The translations under genes were made by a program, and so were the position numbers. A stretch of 35,278 bases of DNA from a virus. Of the stretch, positions 14,965-22,810 are shown piece after piece. The stretch's first letter is position 1. Every line of letters starts with the position of its first letter. The stretch lies in the IMG/VR virus record IMGVR_UViG_3300027848_000003; one strand, 5' to 3'. Under the pieces are notes generated by a model, which was not told the origin of the DNA, ran no database searches, and worked only from the letters and a program-made list of their open reading frames with translations.

Positions 14965-15641
14965 GAGAAATTGAAGCTAAAGACACCTTCAGGGTTAAAA
15001 GCGTTGTAGGCGCATTTGATTTACAAACACAACATATAAAAGAGCACTTCAAAGGCAATATAGATATTGATGGCAAGGATTGGAATGTAGGTTTAATTGT
15101 CGGTAGTTCAGGAAGTGGAAAATCCACAATAGCAAATGAAGTTTTTGGAGATTGTTTTTGTAATTTCGAATACCAAGAAAGTTCTGTGATAGATGATATG
15201 CCGAAAGGGAAAGGAGTTAAAGATATAACGAAAGTATTTACAAGTGTGGGTTTCGCAAGCCCACCGAGTTGGTTAAAGCCTTATGGGGTATTATCTAATG
15301 GTGAACGAATGAGATGTGATTTAGCAAATGCGATATTGCAGGAAAAAGAGATTATAGCTTTTGATGAATTTACTTCAGTAGTAAATAGGGAGGTTGCAAA
15401 AACAGGAAGTTACGCAATAAGTAAAGCGGTTAGAAAATTAGACAAAAAATTTATAGCTGTAAGTTGTCATTATGATATAAAAGAATGGTTGGAGCCTGAT
15501 TGGATATATGATACAGATAAACAAGAGTTTTTTTTTGTGCTGGCGAAATCAAGCGACCGGAAATTAAACTCGAAATCTATCAAGCAAACAAAGCAGATAA
15601 AGAAAGAAATTGGAAGCCATTTAAAAAGTATCATTATTTAG
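14943..15641 (+). CDS. ABC-type ATPase (zero-frame product); likely continues by a -1 shift at 15528..15536 into the GNAT frame
   Basis: Walker A GSSGSGKST, ABC signature LSNGERMR, Walker B EIIAFDEF and H-loop VSCHYD. The zero-frame tail after the T9 run (VLAKSSDRKLNSKSIKQTKQIKKEIGSHLKSIII) is low-complexity and Lys/Ser-rich. Confidence 0.7.
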   Translation: MPSFNIVREIEAKDTFRVKSVVGAFDLQTQHIKEHFKGNIDIDGKDWNVGLIVGSSGSGKSTIANEVFGDCFCNFEYQESSVIDDMPKGKGVKDITKVFTSVGFASPPSWLKPYGVLSNGERMRCDLANAILQEKEIIAFDEFTSVVNREVAKTGSYAISKAVRKLDKKFIAVSCHYDIKEWLEPDWIYDTDKQEFFFVLAKSSDRKLNSKSIKQTKQIKKEIGSHLKSIII

Positions 15642-16057
15642 ATGAGAAATTACTCAAATCAAGTAGGCAGTTTTTAGGGGTAGTTAACGGTGAGGTTGTG
15701 GCTCATACAGGAGTTATACAATTCCCAATGAGAAAAGGATGGAAAAGAATTCATAGGTTAGTTGTTCTGCCAGATTATCAAGGAATCGGAATAGGAATGA
15801 GATTTATTAATGAGGTTTCAGAGATAGTTAAAAAAGAGGGCTTTAATGTTAATTTAACAACTACAACGCCAAGTTTAATCAATGCAATGTGTAGGGATAA
15901 GAAATGGCTATTAAAAAGAGCGGGTAGGATGGGAAATGAATCTAAAAATTGGGCAAAATACGGAACAGGTGATAAGGTTAAAAATGAAAAAACATCTAAA
16001 AAAATGGGGAAATCAGATAGCTCAAACAGAATAACATACTCTTTTAATTTTAAGTAA
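15521..16057 (+). CDS. GNAT acetyltransferase domain encoded in the -1 frame; no start codon before 15698
   Basis: The frame is open from 15521. WKPFKKYHYLDEKLLKSSRQFLGVVNGEVVAHTGVIQ...RLVVLPDYQGIGIGMRFINEV carries GNAT strands and motif A (Q-x-x-G-x-G). The track ORF 15698..16057 (GTG) would lack the N-terminal strands. Confidence 0.65.
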   Translation, partial: TRVFFCAGEIKRPEIKLEIYQANKADKERNWKPFKKYHYLDEKLLKSSRQFLGVVNGEVVAHTGVIQFPMRKGWKRIHRLVVLPDYQGIGIGMRFINEVSEIVKKEGFNVNLTTTTPSLINAMCRDKKWLLKRAGRMGNESKNWAKYGTGDKVKNEKTSKKMGKSDSSNRITYSFNFK

Positions 16058-16074
16058 ACGACGAGGAAACGAGG

Positions 16075-16431
16075 ATGAGCAAGAAATTAGACAATCTTAA
16101 GAAAGGGGTTAAGTTCCCAATACAAGATCCCACAAAGGGAGGGCGTCCTGTATCTATACGTAACCAATTAAAAGACCTACTAGAAGCGGAAGGAAACGTA
16201 ACCATGCCAGCGAATCAAGTTGTAAAGGTTAATGAAGATGGGAGCGTAGTTTTAAAACTACCTACTCAAATGCAGCTTGCAATGAAGCTATCCAGTTGGG
16301 CAATGAGCAAGAAGGGCAATGATAGCCTGAAAGCTATTCAGATGATAATGGAGCAGATAGATGGTAAGCCGAAACAAGACGTAGAGGTGACTACCAATAA
16401 AAAGAAACCCCCGAAAAAACACTTTGAGTAA
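16075..16431 (+). CDS. Terminase small subunit candidate
   Basis: Its position is immediately upstream of TerL and overlapping it. It has an N-terminal F-x-x-x-x-x-x-G-G-R-P motif (KFPIQDPTKGGRPVS) and a basic C-terminus. Confidence 0.5.
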   Translation: MSKKLDNLKKGVKFPIQDPTKGGRPVSIRNQLKDLLEAEGNVTMPANQVVKVNEDGSVVLKLPTQMQLAMKLSSWAMSKKGNDSLKAIQMIMEQIDGKPKQDVEVTTNKKKPPKKHFE

Positions 16432-17758
16432 ACCAATAGTAACATCAAAGAAATACAAGCCCCTTTGGGATTGGTCACTAGTTGAAGAAAAGCTGGAGAA
16501 AGACACAACTAAAGAAGAACAAGACTACTATACTAAACTCTCTAAGGTTGATAAAGTGATAATGACAGGCGGGAGGTATTCAGCAAAATCCTTCGAGGTT
16601 GCAGATTGGGCAGTCGATGGAACTATACACTACGATTATAGAATACTATACACGAGATTCACCAACGTTTCAATGAGCGATAGCGTTATTCCAGAGATTC
16701 AAGAAAAGATAGCGATTAACCACTACGAGGATTATTTGACATTCGCAAATAATAAATACAAATCACAATGCGGCGGCGGACTAATATCGTTTAAAGGAAT
16801 TAAGGCGGGATCTGGCGGACAGACGGCAAACCTAAAATCATTAAAAGATTTTAATGTACAAGTAACAGACGAAGCAGAAGAAATCCCAGACTATAAAACG
16901 TTTGAAAAGGTGTACTTCTCTATACGCTCAAATGACCGAAGAAACTTATCTATTTTAATCCTAAACCCAACCACTACAGATCATTGGATATTTGAGGAGT
17001 TCTTTAGAAAGCGAGAAGTACCAGAGGGATTCAACGGCATTAAAGATGAAATCTTATACATTCACACAAGCTATTTAGACGTTGATAGTAGGGTAAATCC
17101 GCCTAATATAATAGCAGCATTTGAGAAGATGCGGGACAACCGCCCAAAGGATTATAACGAGATTGTCCTCGGAGGTTGGATTAGCGACCTGCAAGGGCAA
17201 CTGTACAAGCGCGAGGATGTACAAACATTCAGTATAAAGGATTTTAACCTAGAAAATGTTGAAGCTGTTGTTTGCTTCATAGATGTAGCTGATCGAGGTA
17301 CAGATTCCTTGAGTATGCCAATTGGCTTTTTAGTTGGGGATTTAGTTTACATTTACGATTGGTATTTTAGCCAAGATAATCAAGACATAACCATCCCAGA
17401 GATAGCATTTAAGTCTATTGAGAATAAGATAGAACACATGGCGGTAGAGGTGAACGGTGTAGGATTGGGCTATCTTGAAGAACTACAAAAGAATGTCGGA
17501 TGTATAACATATCCCTTTAGTCAGCAGACTAATAAGCACAGCCGTATGATTCAGAATAGCGGATTTGTACGTAATTATATGGTATTCCGAGATGACTATG
17601 AGGCTGGTTCTATGTACGACAAAGCTATGCGTGAGATGTTTGCGTATATGAAAGACGATAAATTAAACAGGAAAGGCTCTTACAATGACGATGCACCAGA
17701 TAGCGCAACTGGTCTTTGGATAACGTGCAAGGATTTGTTTCCAGATAAATGGATGTAA
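16424..17758 (+). CDS. terL: Terminase large subunit (PBSX/terminase_6-like)
   Basis: Walker A-like VIMTGGRYSAKSFEV and Walker B VQVTDEAEEI, followed by C-terminal nuclease-like FIDVADRGTDS and YNDDAPDS. It has a TTG start 5 nt before the TerS stop, and the first in-frame ATG lies after the conserved KYKPLW region. Confidence 0.9.
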   Translation: MSKPIVTSKKYKPLWDWSLVEEKLEKDTTKEEQDYYTKLSKVDKVIMTGGRYSAKSFEVADWAVDGTIHYDYRILYTRFTNVSMSDSVIPEIQEKIAINHYEDYLTFANNKYKSQCGGGLISFKGIKAGSGGQTANLKSLKDFNVQVTDEAEEIPDYKTFEKVYFSIRSNDRRNLSILILNPTTTDHWIFEEFFRKREVPEGFNGIKDEILYIHTSYLDVDSRVNPPNIIAAFEKMRDNRPKDYNEIVLGGWISDLQGQLYKREDVQTFSIKDFNLENVEAVVCFIDVADRGTDSLSMPIGFLVGDLVYIYDWYFSQDNQDITIPEIAFKSIENKIEHMAVEVNGVGLGYLEELQKNVGCITYPFSQQTNKHSRMIQNSGFVRNYMVFRDDYEAGSMYDKAMREMFAYMKDDKLNRKGSYNDDAPDSATGLWITCKDLFPDKWM

Positions 17759-17770
17759 TTAATAAATAAT

Positions 17771-17971
17771 TTGTATAACTCAAAAAAAAATTGTAGTATT
17801 GCAAACAGGGTGTTGTGTCTTTGTCCGAAGAAAAAGTTTCTAGGAGAAGATTTAGTTGATGGTAAAGTACTTTGTTCTTGTGGAAATATGAATGATTTGA
17901 GCAATGGAAAGTACTATCCAAACAAACTATCACCATCCTATCAAAGCACTCTAAATAAGAAAGGTACATAA
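17771..17971 (+). CDS. Cys-rich small ORF (CLCP...CSCG), in the same frame as the portal and separated from it only by a TAA
   Basis: Open frame with possible TTG (17771), GTG (17810) or ATG (17888) starts. It has a C-x-C...C-x-C pattern. Whether it is an independent gene or a detached portal N-terminus is unclear. Confidence 0.3.
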   Translation: MYNSKKNCSIANRVLCLCPKKKFLGEDLVDGKVLCSCGNMNDLSNGKYYPNKLSPSYQSTLNKKGT

Positions 17972-17983
17972 GGTACGACCCAA

Positions 17984-19174
17984 ATTAAGCTGAGTAATTG
18001 GTTTAAAAATTTCTTTTTTGAACGTGACCGAGAAGGTAACGTCTGGTATGAAATCGGCAATAAAGATGCCGACTGGGAGCTTGGCAATAAGCTCGACTGT
18101 TTATTAACAAATCCAGTAGCATTTCGTTGTGTCGATTTAATAAGCGACTTATTTAGCCAAGCTAAGTTCACTATTAACGATAGTGATAAACACCCAATAC
18201 TAGACCGACTTAATAATCCAAACCCCTTACAATCTAAACAAGACTTTTTAAGAGAATACTTATTCTTTAAGTATGCCTATGGTTGGGTATATCAATACCC
18301 AATAAAGCCAGAAGGGATAAAAGAGCCTAGCGCAATCTACAATCTTGACCCTTCAAAAGTAAACTACAATAGCGATTTCCCTACTCGACTAATCTTTGAG
18401 AGTGGGGATGTCGATTCTATCAATAAAAAGCAATTCAGATACAAAGAGCAGAAGCAAGATAGAACGTTTAACGTTGAGGAGGTAATTCCGTTCTTTGATA
18501 TTGCGAACGGGCTATCTGACAACTTCTTATTAACAGCACCTTCCAGACTAAAGGCAATTTCCAAAAACATTAAGAACATAAACACAGCACTAAAGGCAGA
18601 GAGCAATGCTTTAGAGAAGGCGGGGCGCTTCATTGTTTCGTCATCTGTTAAGGGCAATGCTATCTCAAGACCGCTAGATCCAAAAGAGAAAACAGAAATA
18701 GAGAACTCATTTAAAGGTTTCGGATTAGGAAAGAGCAAGGGAAATGTGACGGTAACAACAGCAGGGCTAGACGCTATTTCATTGCACGTACCTATGACAC
18801 AACTAGGAATACCAGAGAGTGTAGCCGCTAATTCAATGGTAATAATGAACACCTTTGGCGTGCCTAGAGAGTTGTACACCTTAGACAAAAGCGGTGCAAC
18901 TTGGGAGAATCAAAAGACTGCCTTTGTTAATCTTGCCCAAAACGTTGTGCAAAATCAATTAGATGACTTTTGTAATTCTTACAAATCATTCTTTGAGATT
19001 GAGGGGGATTTTAAGGCAACGCTATACCACTTGCCTATTATGCAATATATCGAAGATCAGAAAGCAGATAAAGCATTGAAGCTATCTACTGCCATACGCA
19101 ACCTCTCTGGTACGAATATAGAGCCTAATCAATTCCTAGAATCAATGGGTATTAATATTGAAAGCAATGAATAA
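17984..19174 (+). CDS. Portal protein (start uncertain: no ATG/GTG/TTG between 17972 and 18745; ATT at 17984 proposed)
   Basis: The frame is open from 17972. IKLSNWFKNFFFERDREGNVWYEIGNKDADWELGNKLDCLLTNPVAFRCVDLISDLFSQAKF... is portal-like, and the ORF sits between TerL and the prohead protease. The track shows only the 142-aa tail (18746..19174). Confidence 0.7.
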   Translation: MKLSNWFKNFFFERDREGNVWYEIGNKDADWELGNKLDCLLTNPVAFRCVDLISDLFSQAKFTINDSDKHPILDRLNNPNPLQSKQDFLREYLFFKYAYGWVYQYPIKPEGIKEPSAIYNLDPSKVNYNSDFPTRLIFESGDVDSINKKQFRYKEQKQDRTFNVEEVIPFFDIANGLSDNFLLTAPSRLKAISKNIKNINTALKAESNALEKAGRFIVSSSVKGNAISRPLDPKEKTEIENSFKGFGLGKSKGNVTVTTAGLDAISLHVPMTQLGIPESVAANSMVIMNTFGVPRELYTLDKSGATWENQKTAFVNLAQNVVQNQLDDFCNSYKSFFEIEGDFKATLYHLPIMQYIEDQKADKALKLSTAIRNLSGTNIEPNQFLESMGINIESNE

Positions 19175-19292
19175 GGAGTTAAAAGATAAAATACAAAAGA
19201 AAATTGACAGCGGTGTTAAAACCGTTGGGGAGATAGATTTAGAAACGCTGAAGAAGGTGATTGATAGAAAGAAAAAAACAGTAACGAAATGA
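19167..19292 (+). CDS. Hypothetical protein (41 aa)
   Basis: Both ends overlap neighbouring genes (the portal stop and the ATGA at 19289). Confidence 0.45.
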   Translation: MNKELKDKIQKKIDSGVKTVGEIDLETLKKVIDRKKKTVTK

Positions 19293-20107
19293 TTTTTTGT
19301 AAAAGTTTAGATAAGGAGTTTAGTACAAAGGCTGAAATGTTTGCGGAATTAAAAGAACGTAAAGACGAAATCAAAGCAATTAAGAAAGCCGCTGTTAAGA
19401 TGACGGACGGCATACCTTCATTTACAAGTTCTATTGATACATATACAACTAAAGGACTGACGCCCGGCAAACCTATTGAGTATGGCGATACGGTTTATCC
19501 AGTCATTAATACAACTAAATATTTAGACAGCCACGAGGATTTACACCTTGACGGTATGTGGACTAAAAGCGCAGGCGAACAAACGGGAAAGACATACCTA
19601 CTTATAAACCACGATTTGAGCGTAGGTAAAGTTATAAGCCAACCCAAAGATGTTGAGATAATTGTCAAGTCAATCCCCTGGAGGGACTTAGGCAAATCAT
19701 TTGATGGAAACACAGAGGCTTTGATATTCAAGTCAAAACTAACGGAAAAGTCTAACAAAGACGGCTTTTTGGCATATAAAGACAATGACCCTGTGGAGCA
19801 TTCAATTAGGATGCAATATGTTAAGATGGAGTTAGCCATCAACACTACGGAAGAAGGTTTTGAAGCAGAAAAAAAAGAGTGGGATAAACACTATTCAGTA
19901 ATTGCCAATAAGGAGTTAGCCAATGAAATGGGTTATTTTTGGGCGGTTTATGAAGCAAAAATATACAAAGAGGGGAGTATGGTGTTAGCAGGAAGCAACG
20001 ATGCCACGCCTACCTTATACGACATTGAGCCGCAGAAAAGCACTCAACAAATAGCAGCCGCTAAAGCACTGCAATCAAAGCAATTTTATATTAATCTAAA
20101 TTCATAA
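19289..20107 (+). CDS. Prohead (capsid maturation) protease, HK97/S78-like
   Basis: YLLINHDLSVGKV (catalytic His context), VEHSIRMQY (Ser context) and the C-terminal KEGSMVLAGSNDATP (E-x-S-x-V-x-x-x-x-N pattern). It lies between the portal and capsid genes. Confidence 0.65.
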   Translation: MIFCKSLDKEFSTKAEMFAELKERKDEIKAIKKAAVKMTDGIPSFTSSIDTYTTKGLTPGKPIEYGDTVYPVINTTKYLDSHEDLHLDGMWTKSAGEQTGKTYLLINHDLSVGKVISQPKDVEIIVKSIPWRDLGKSFDGNTEALIFKSKLTEKSNKDGFLAYKDNDPVEHSIRMQYVKMELAINTTEEGFEAEKKEWDKHYSVIANKELANEMGYFWAVYEAKIYKEGSMVLAGSNDATPTLYDIEPQKSTQQIAAAKALQSKQFYINLNS

Positions 20108-20110
20108 AAA

Positions 20111-21385
20111 ATGAATAAATGGGAAACATTCCTGAAAGACGCAGGATATACAAAAGAAACGTTTGCAGAATTAGACGCAAGCAAGATGGCGGAGCTAACG
20201 GCTGAATTTCAGACCAAGCAAATCGCAGACATTAACACGGCTATTGAAGCCAAATCTAATCCAGAGGCGGTTACTAAAATGATTGAGGATGCAATTAAAG
20301 CAATCCCTTCATTGGAGGACAGCCAAACGGTTAAGGAATTAAAAGCAACCCTTAAAACACAAGGCGAGGCAATCACAGCAATGAAAAATAAAGGAGGACA
20401 AGGCGAAGTTATTAGCATAGCTAAGCAAATCGCAGACAACAAAGACGAGATTAAAGCTATTGCAGGCGGTAGAGCAGGCGAAGTGGAAATCAAAGCGTTG
20501 ACAAATCTTGCTTCTGTTACTAACAACGCGCAAGGGTTCTTTTTACCAGAGATAGGGCAATTAGGTGTTAAAGAAAGAAGCCTTTACAATGTATTGCCAA
20601 AAGTTTCAATATCAGATAACAATACAGGAGGCGTAGTTCGGTATCGTGATTGGGATGCCGCGACAACTGTAAGAGCAGCCGCGATGGTTGCCGAAGGTGC
20701 AGCCTTTCCAGAATCTACTGCTAAATGGCAATGGTATTCAGAAGACTTACGGAAAGTAGGAGATACTTTACCTGTAACGGAGGAATTTTGGGAAGATGAA
20801 GCACAAGCAGGGGCTGAGTTAGAAATGTTTTTAACTGTTAACGTAAACACTGAAATTGATTCTCAGCTTATAACTGGAGATAACACAGGTCAAAACTTAG
20901 AAGGTCTTTTAACAAGCGCACCAGCATACACAGCAGTGGCTAATGGAATTGCAGCTGCTAACTTGAAAGATTTAGTGATTAAAGTAAAGAACGATATCAC
21001 AAGAACAAGAGGTTCTAAATACCGTCCAGATATTTTAATTGTTTCATCTTCTACAATGGAAGATTTAGTATTGGCTAAAGACGGAAACAACAATTACATT
21101 TTTGATGAAAACACGGGAACAATAGGTGGTTTGGTTGTGGTTGTTGATGAAAATATGCCTGATAATAAGATTGTTATCGGTGATAGACGATATGCTCGTA
21201 TATACGAAAAGTCAGGTGTAGTAATCTCAAGAGGGATGATAGGTACTCAATTCACAGAAGATGAAATGACTATTAAGGCTCGTAAAAGAATGCTATTGCT
21301 TGTTAGAACTGTTGATAAGACAGGATTTAGAAGCGTTGCAGACGTAGATGCAGCACTTGTAACTTTGGCAACAACTCCAGTCTAA
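20111..21385 (+). CDS. Major capsid protein, HK97 fold
   Basis: Position after the protease, an N-terminal coiled-coil delta-like domain, an Ala/Gly/Val-rich body and a size of 424 aa. Confidence 0.8.
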   Translation: MNKWETFLKDAGYTKETFAELDASKMAELTAEFQTKQIADINTAIEAKSNPEAVTKMIEDAIKAIPSLEDSQTVKELKATLKTQGEAITAMKNKGGQGEVISIAKQIADNKDEIKAIAGGRAGEVEIKALTNLASVTNNAQGFFLPEIGQLGVKERSLYNVLPKVSISDNNTGGVVRYRDWDAATTVRAAAMVAEGAAFPESTAKWQWYSEDLRKVGDTLPVTEEFWEDEAQAGAELEMFLTVNVNTEIDSQLITGDNTGQNLEGLLTSAPAYTAVANGIAAANLKDLVIKVKNDITRTRGSKYRPDILIVSSSTMEDLVLAKDGNNNYIFDENTGTIGGLVVVVDENMPDNKIVIGDRRYARIYEKSGVVISRGMIGTQFTEDEMTIKARKRMLLLVRTVDKTGFRSVADVDAALVTLATTPV

Positions 21386-21386
21386 A

Positions 21387-21545
21387 ATGAGTATTCAAGT
21401 AGAGTTAACGAAAGATTATGCGGGAAGCAAGAAGGGTGATAAACTTACCCTAGGAAGCATCTTGGCGACAAAACTTGTTTACAAATACAAGGTAGCTAAA
21501 TTAGCATCGGAAGATAAGCCGAAAGCAAAATCTAAGAAAAAGTAA
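21387..21545 (+). CDS. Hypothetical small protein (52 aa, Lys-rich C-terminus)
   Basis: It fills the gap between the capsid and connector genes with tight spacing. Confidence 0.45.
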   Translation: MSIQVELTKDYAGSKKGDKLTLGSILATKLVYKYKVAKLASEDKPKAKSKKK

Positions 21546-21546
21546 T

Positions 21547-22158
21547 ATGATCCTTACACTCACAAATTTTCAATCAAGTTACCTAAAACTTCCAAACGCG
21601 AGGGTTTCTGCCAATGGAGCAGACTTCACGGAGGAGATACAGGCGGCTATTGATGAACGTGAGCGTGAAATACTAATCGATGGGTTAGGAATTGCACTTT
21701 ATGACACTTTAGTTACTGAATATGCAGACCTAGGAACGGCATCACAGCCAATCCTAGACCTTGTAAACGGTAAAGATTATACAGTCAACAATATAGCAGT
21801 TAGATGGGATGGGTTAATTTCTAATCCATTCCTAGGCTGTTATGTTTATTACCACTTTATGCAGGAGAAGCAGGACGTATTTACAACTATGGGAACACAA
21901 AGCCCAGAGGCGGTAAGCAGTCAAGCGGTTTCAGCGATAGATACATCGGTAAGAAGGTATAGAAAGTTTATAAAAGGGTATCAAGGCGAGGATGGCGCAC
22001 CTTTATTAATTACTACGGCTTTTGGTAGCGGTATTGATTATCAAGGTTCAAACAGCAAGATTCGCTCCTTGTATCAGTTCTTAACAGATAAGAGTACGGA
22101 CTATCCAACAGCAACGGACTTTATTGCTCACAAATCTATTAATTCTCAAGGGATATGA
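21547..22158 (+). CDS. Head-tail connector / head completion protein candidate
   Basis: Assigned from gene order only (between capsid and tail genes). Confidence 0.4.
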   Translation: MILTLTNFQSSYLKLPNARVSANGADFTEEIQAAIDEREREILIDGLGIALYDTLVTEYADLGTASQPILDLVNGKDYTVNNIAVRWDGLISNPFLGCYVYYHFMQEKQDVFTTMGTQSPEAVSSQAVSAIDTSVRRYRKFIKGYQGEDGAPLLITTAFGSGIDYQGSNSKIRSLYQFLTDKSTDYPTATDFIAHKSINSQGI

Positions 22159-22637
22159 TAATATTTGAGGACGGAATAAAGGCTTTAATTGACAGGATAG
22201 AATCTATTGACGGATTTGCACCTAACTTTTATTGGGCTAAAGATGCTAATGACGTTAACGCGTATTTAGTTTTAAAAGACCAGCCCTACCCCGTAATAAT
22301 TTTACAGACGGGAAAGGACAAAAGCGAGGTAAAAGGTGATGGGCAATACAACGAAATCACCCGAAATGCAAAATTTGTATTGGCAGTACGTGAATTAGAT
22401 GCTTCGATGTTGAATAACGATAGATGGGAGAGTAGTTATAAGAATTTTTTAAACCCGCTTTTGGAGAGATTCTTAGAGCAGTTAAACTTTTCGAGTATTA
22501 CTAGACTACCCAACGGCTATTCAGCTAGTAGAGTGCCAAACTATTCGGACGCAAGCAAGAATGCCCAGATTGATCTTTGGGATGCCGTCGAATTAGAATG
22601 TGAAATAATAATGAATAATAACTGCTTAATTCCATAA
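22155..22637 (+). CDS. Head-tail joining / tail terminator candidate
   Basis: Assigned from gene order only, plus the ATGA overlap with the upstream gene. Confidence 0.4.
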   Translation: MIIFEDGIKALIDRIESIDGFAPNFYWAKDANDVNAYLVLKDQPYPVIILQTGKDKSEVKGDGQYNEITRNAKFVLAVRELDASMLNNDRWESSYKNFLNPLLERFLEQLNFSSITRLPNGYSASRVPNYSDASKNAQIDLWDAVELECEIIMNNNCLIP

Positions 22638-22639
22638 AT

Positions 22640-22810
22640 ATGGCTAAAAAAAGCGAAAAATCAAAATTAAACACCTATGAGAGGATAGCACAGGTGACGG
22701 CTAGAGTGGGAAGCAATGCAGACGGAAGTCCGAAATTGCATTTTATTAAAGGCGAGGCGATTACGCTAACACTATCACAGATTAAATCATATAAAAACTA
22801 TATAAAATGA
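22640..22810 (+). CDS. Hypothetical protein (56 aa)
   Basis: It starts 3 nt after the upstream stop, and its stop overlaps the next ATG (ATGA). Confidence 0.5.
   Translation: MAKKSEKSKLNTYERIAQVTARVGSNADGSPKLHFIKGEAITLTLSQIKSYKNYIK

Noticed and set aside
18364-18888. 174-aa minus-strand ORF antisense to the portal gene, and similar ones at 19495..19845, 20209..20850, 23118..23447, 25614..27734 and 33840..34412
   Set aside because: All lie fully within well-supported structural genes on the plus strand. Their Ser/Leu/Ala-rich composition is what is expected from reading the complement of codon-biased genes.
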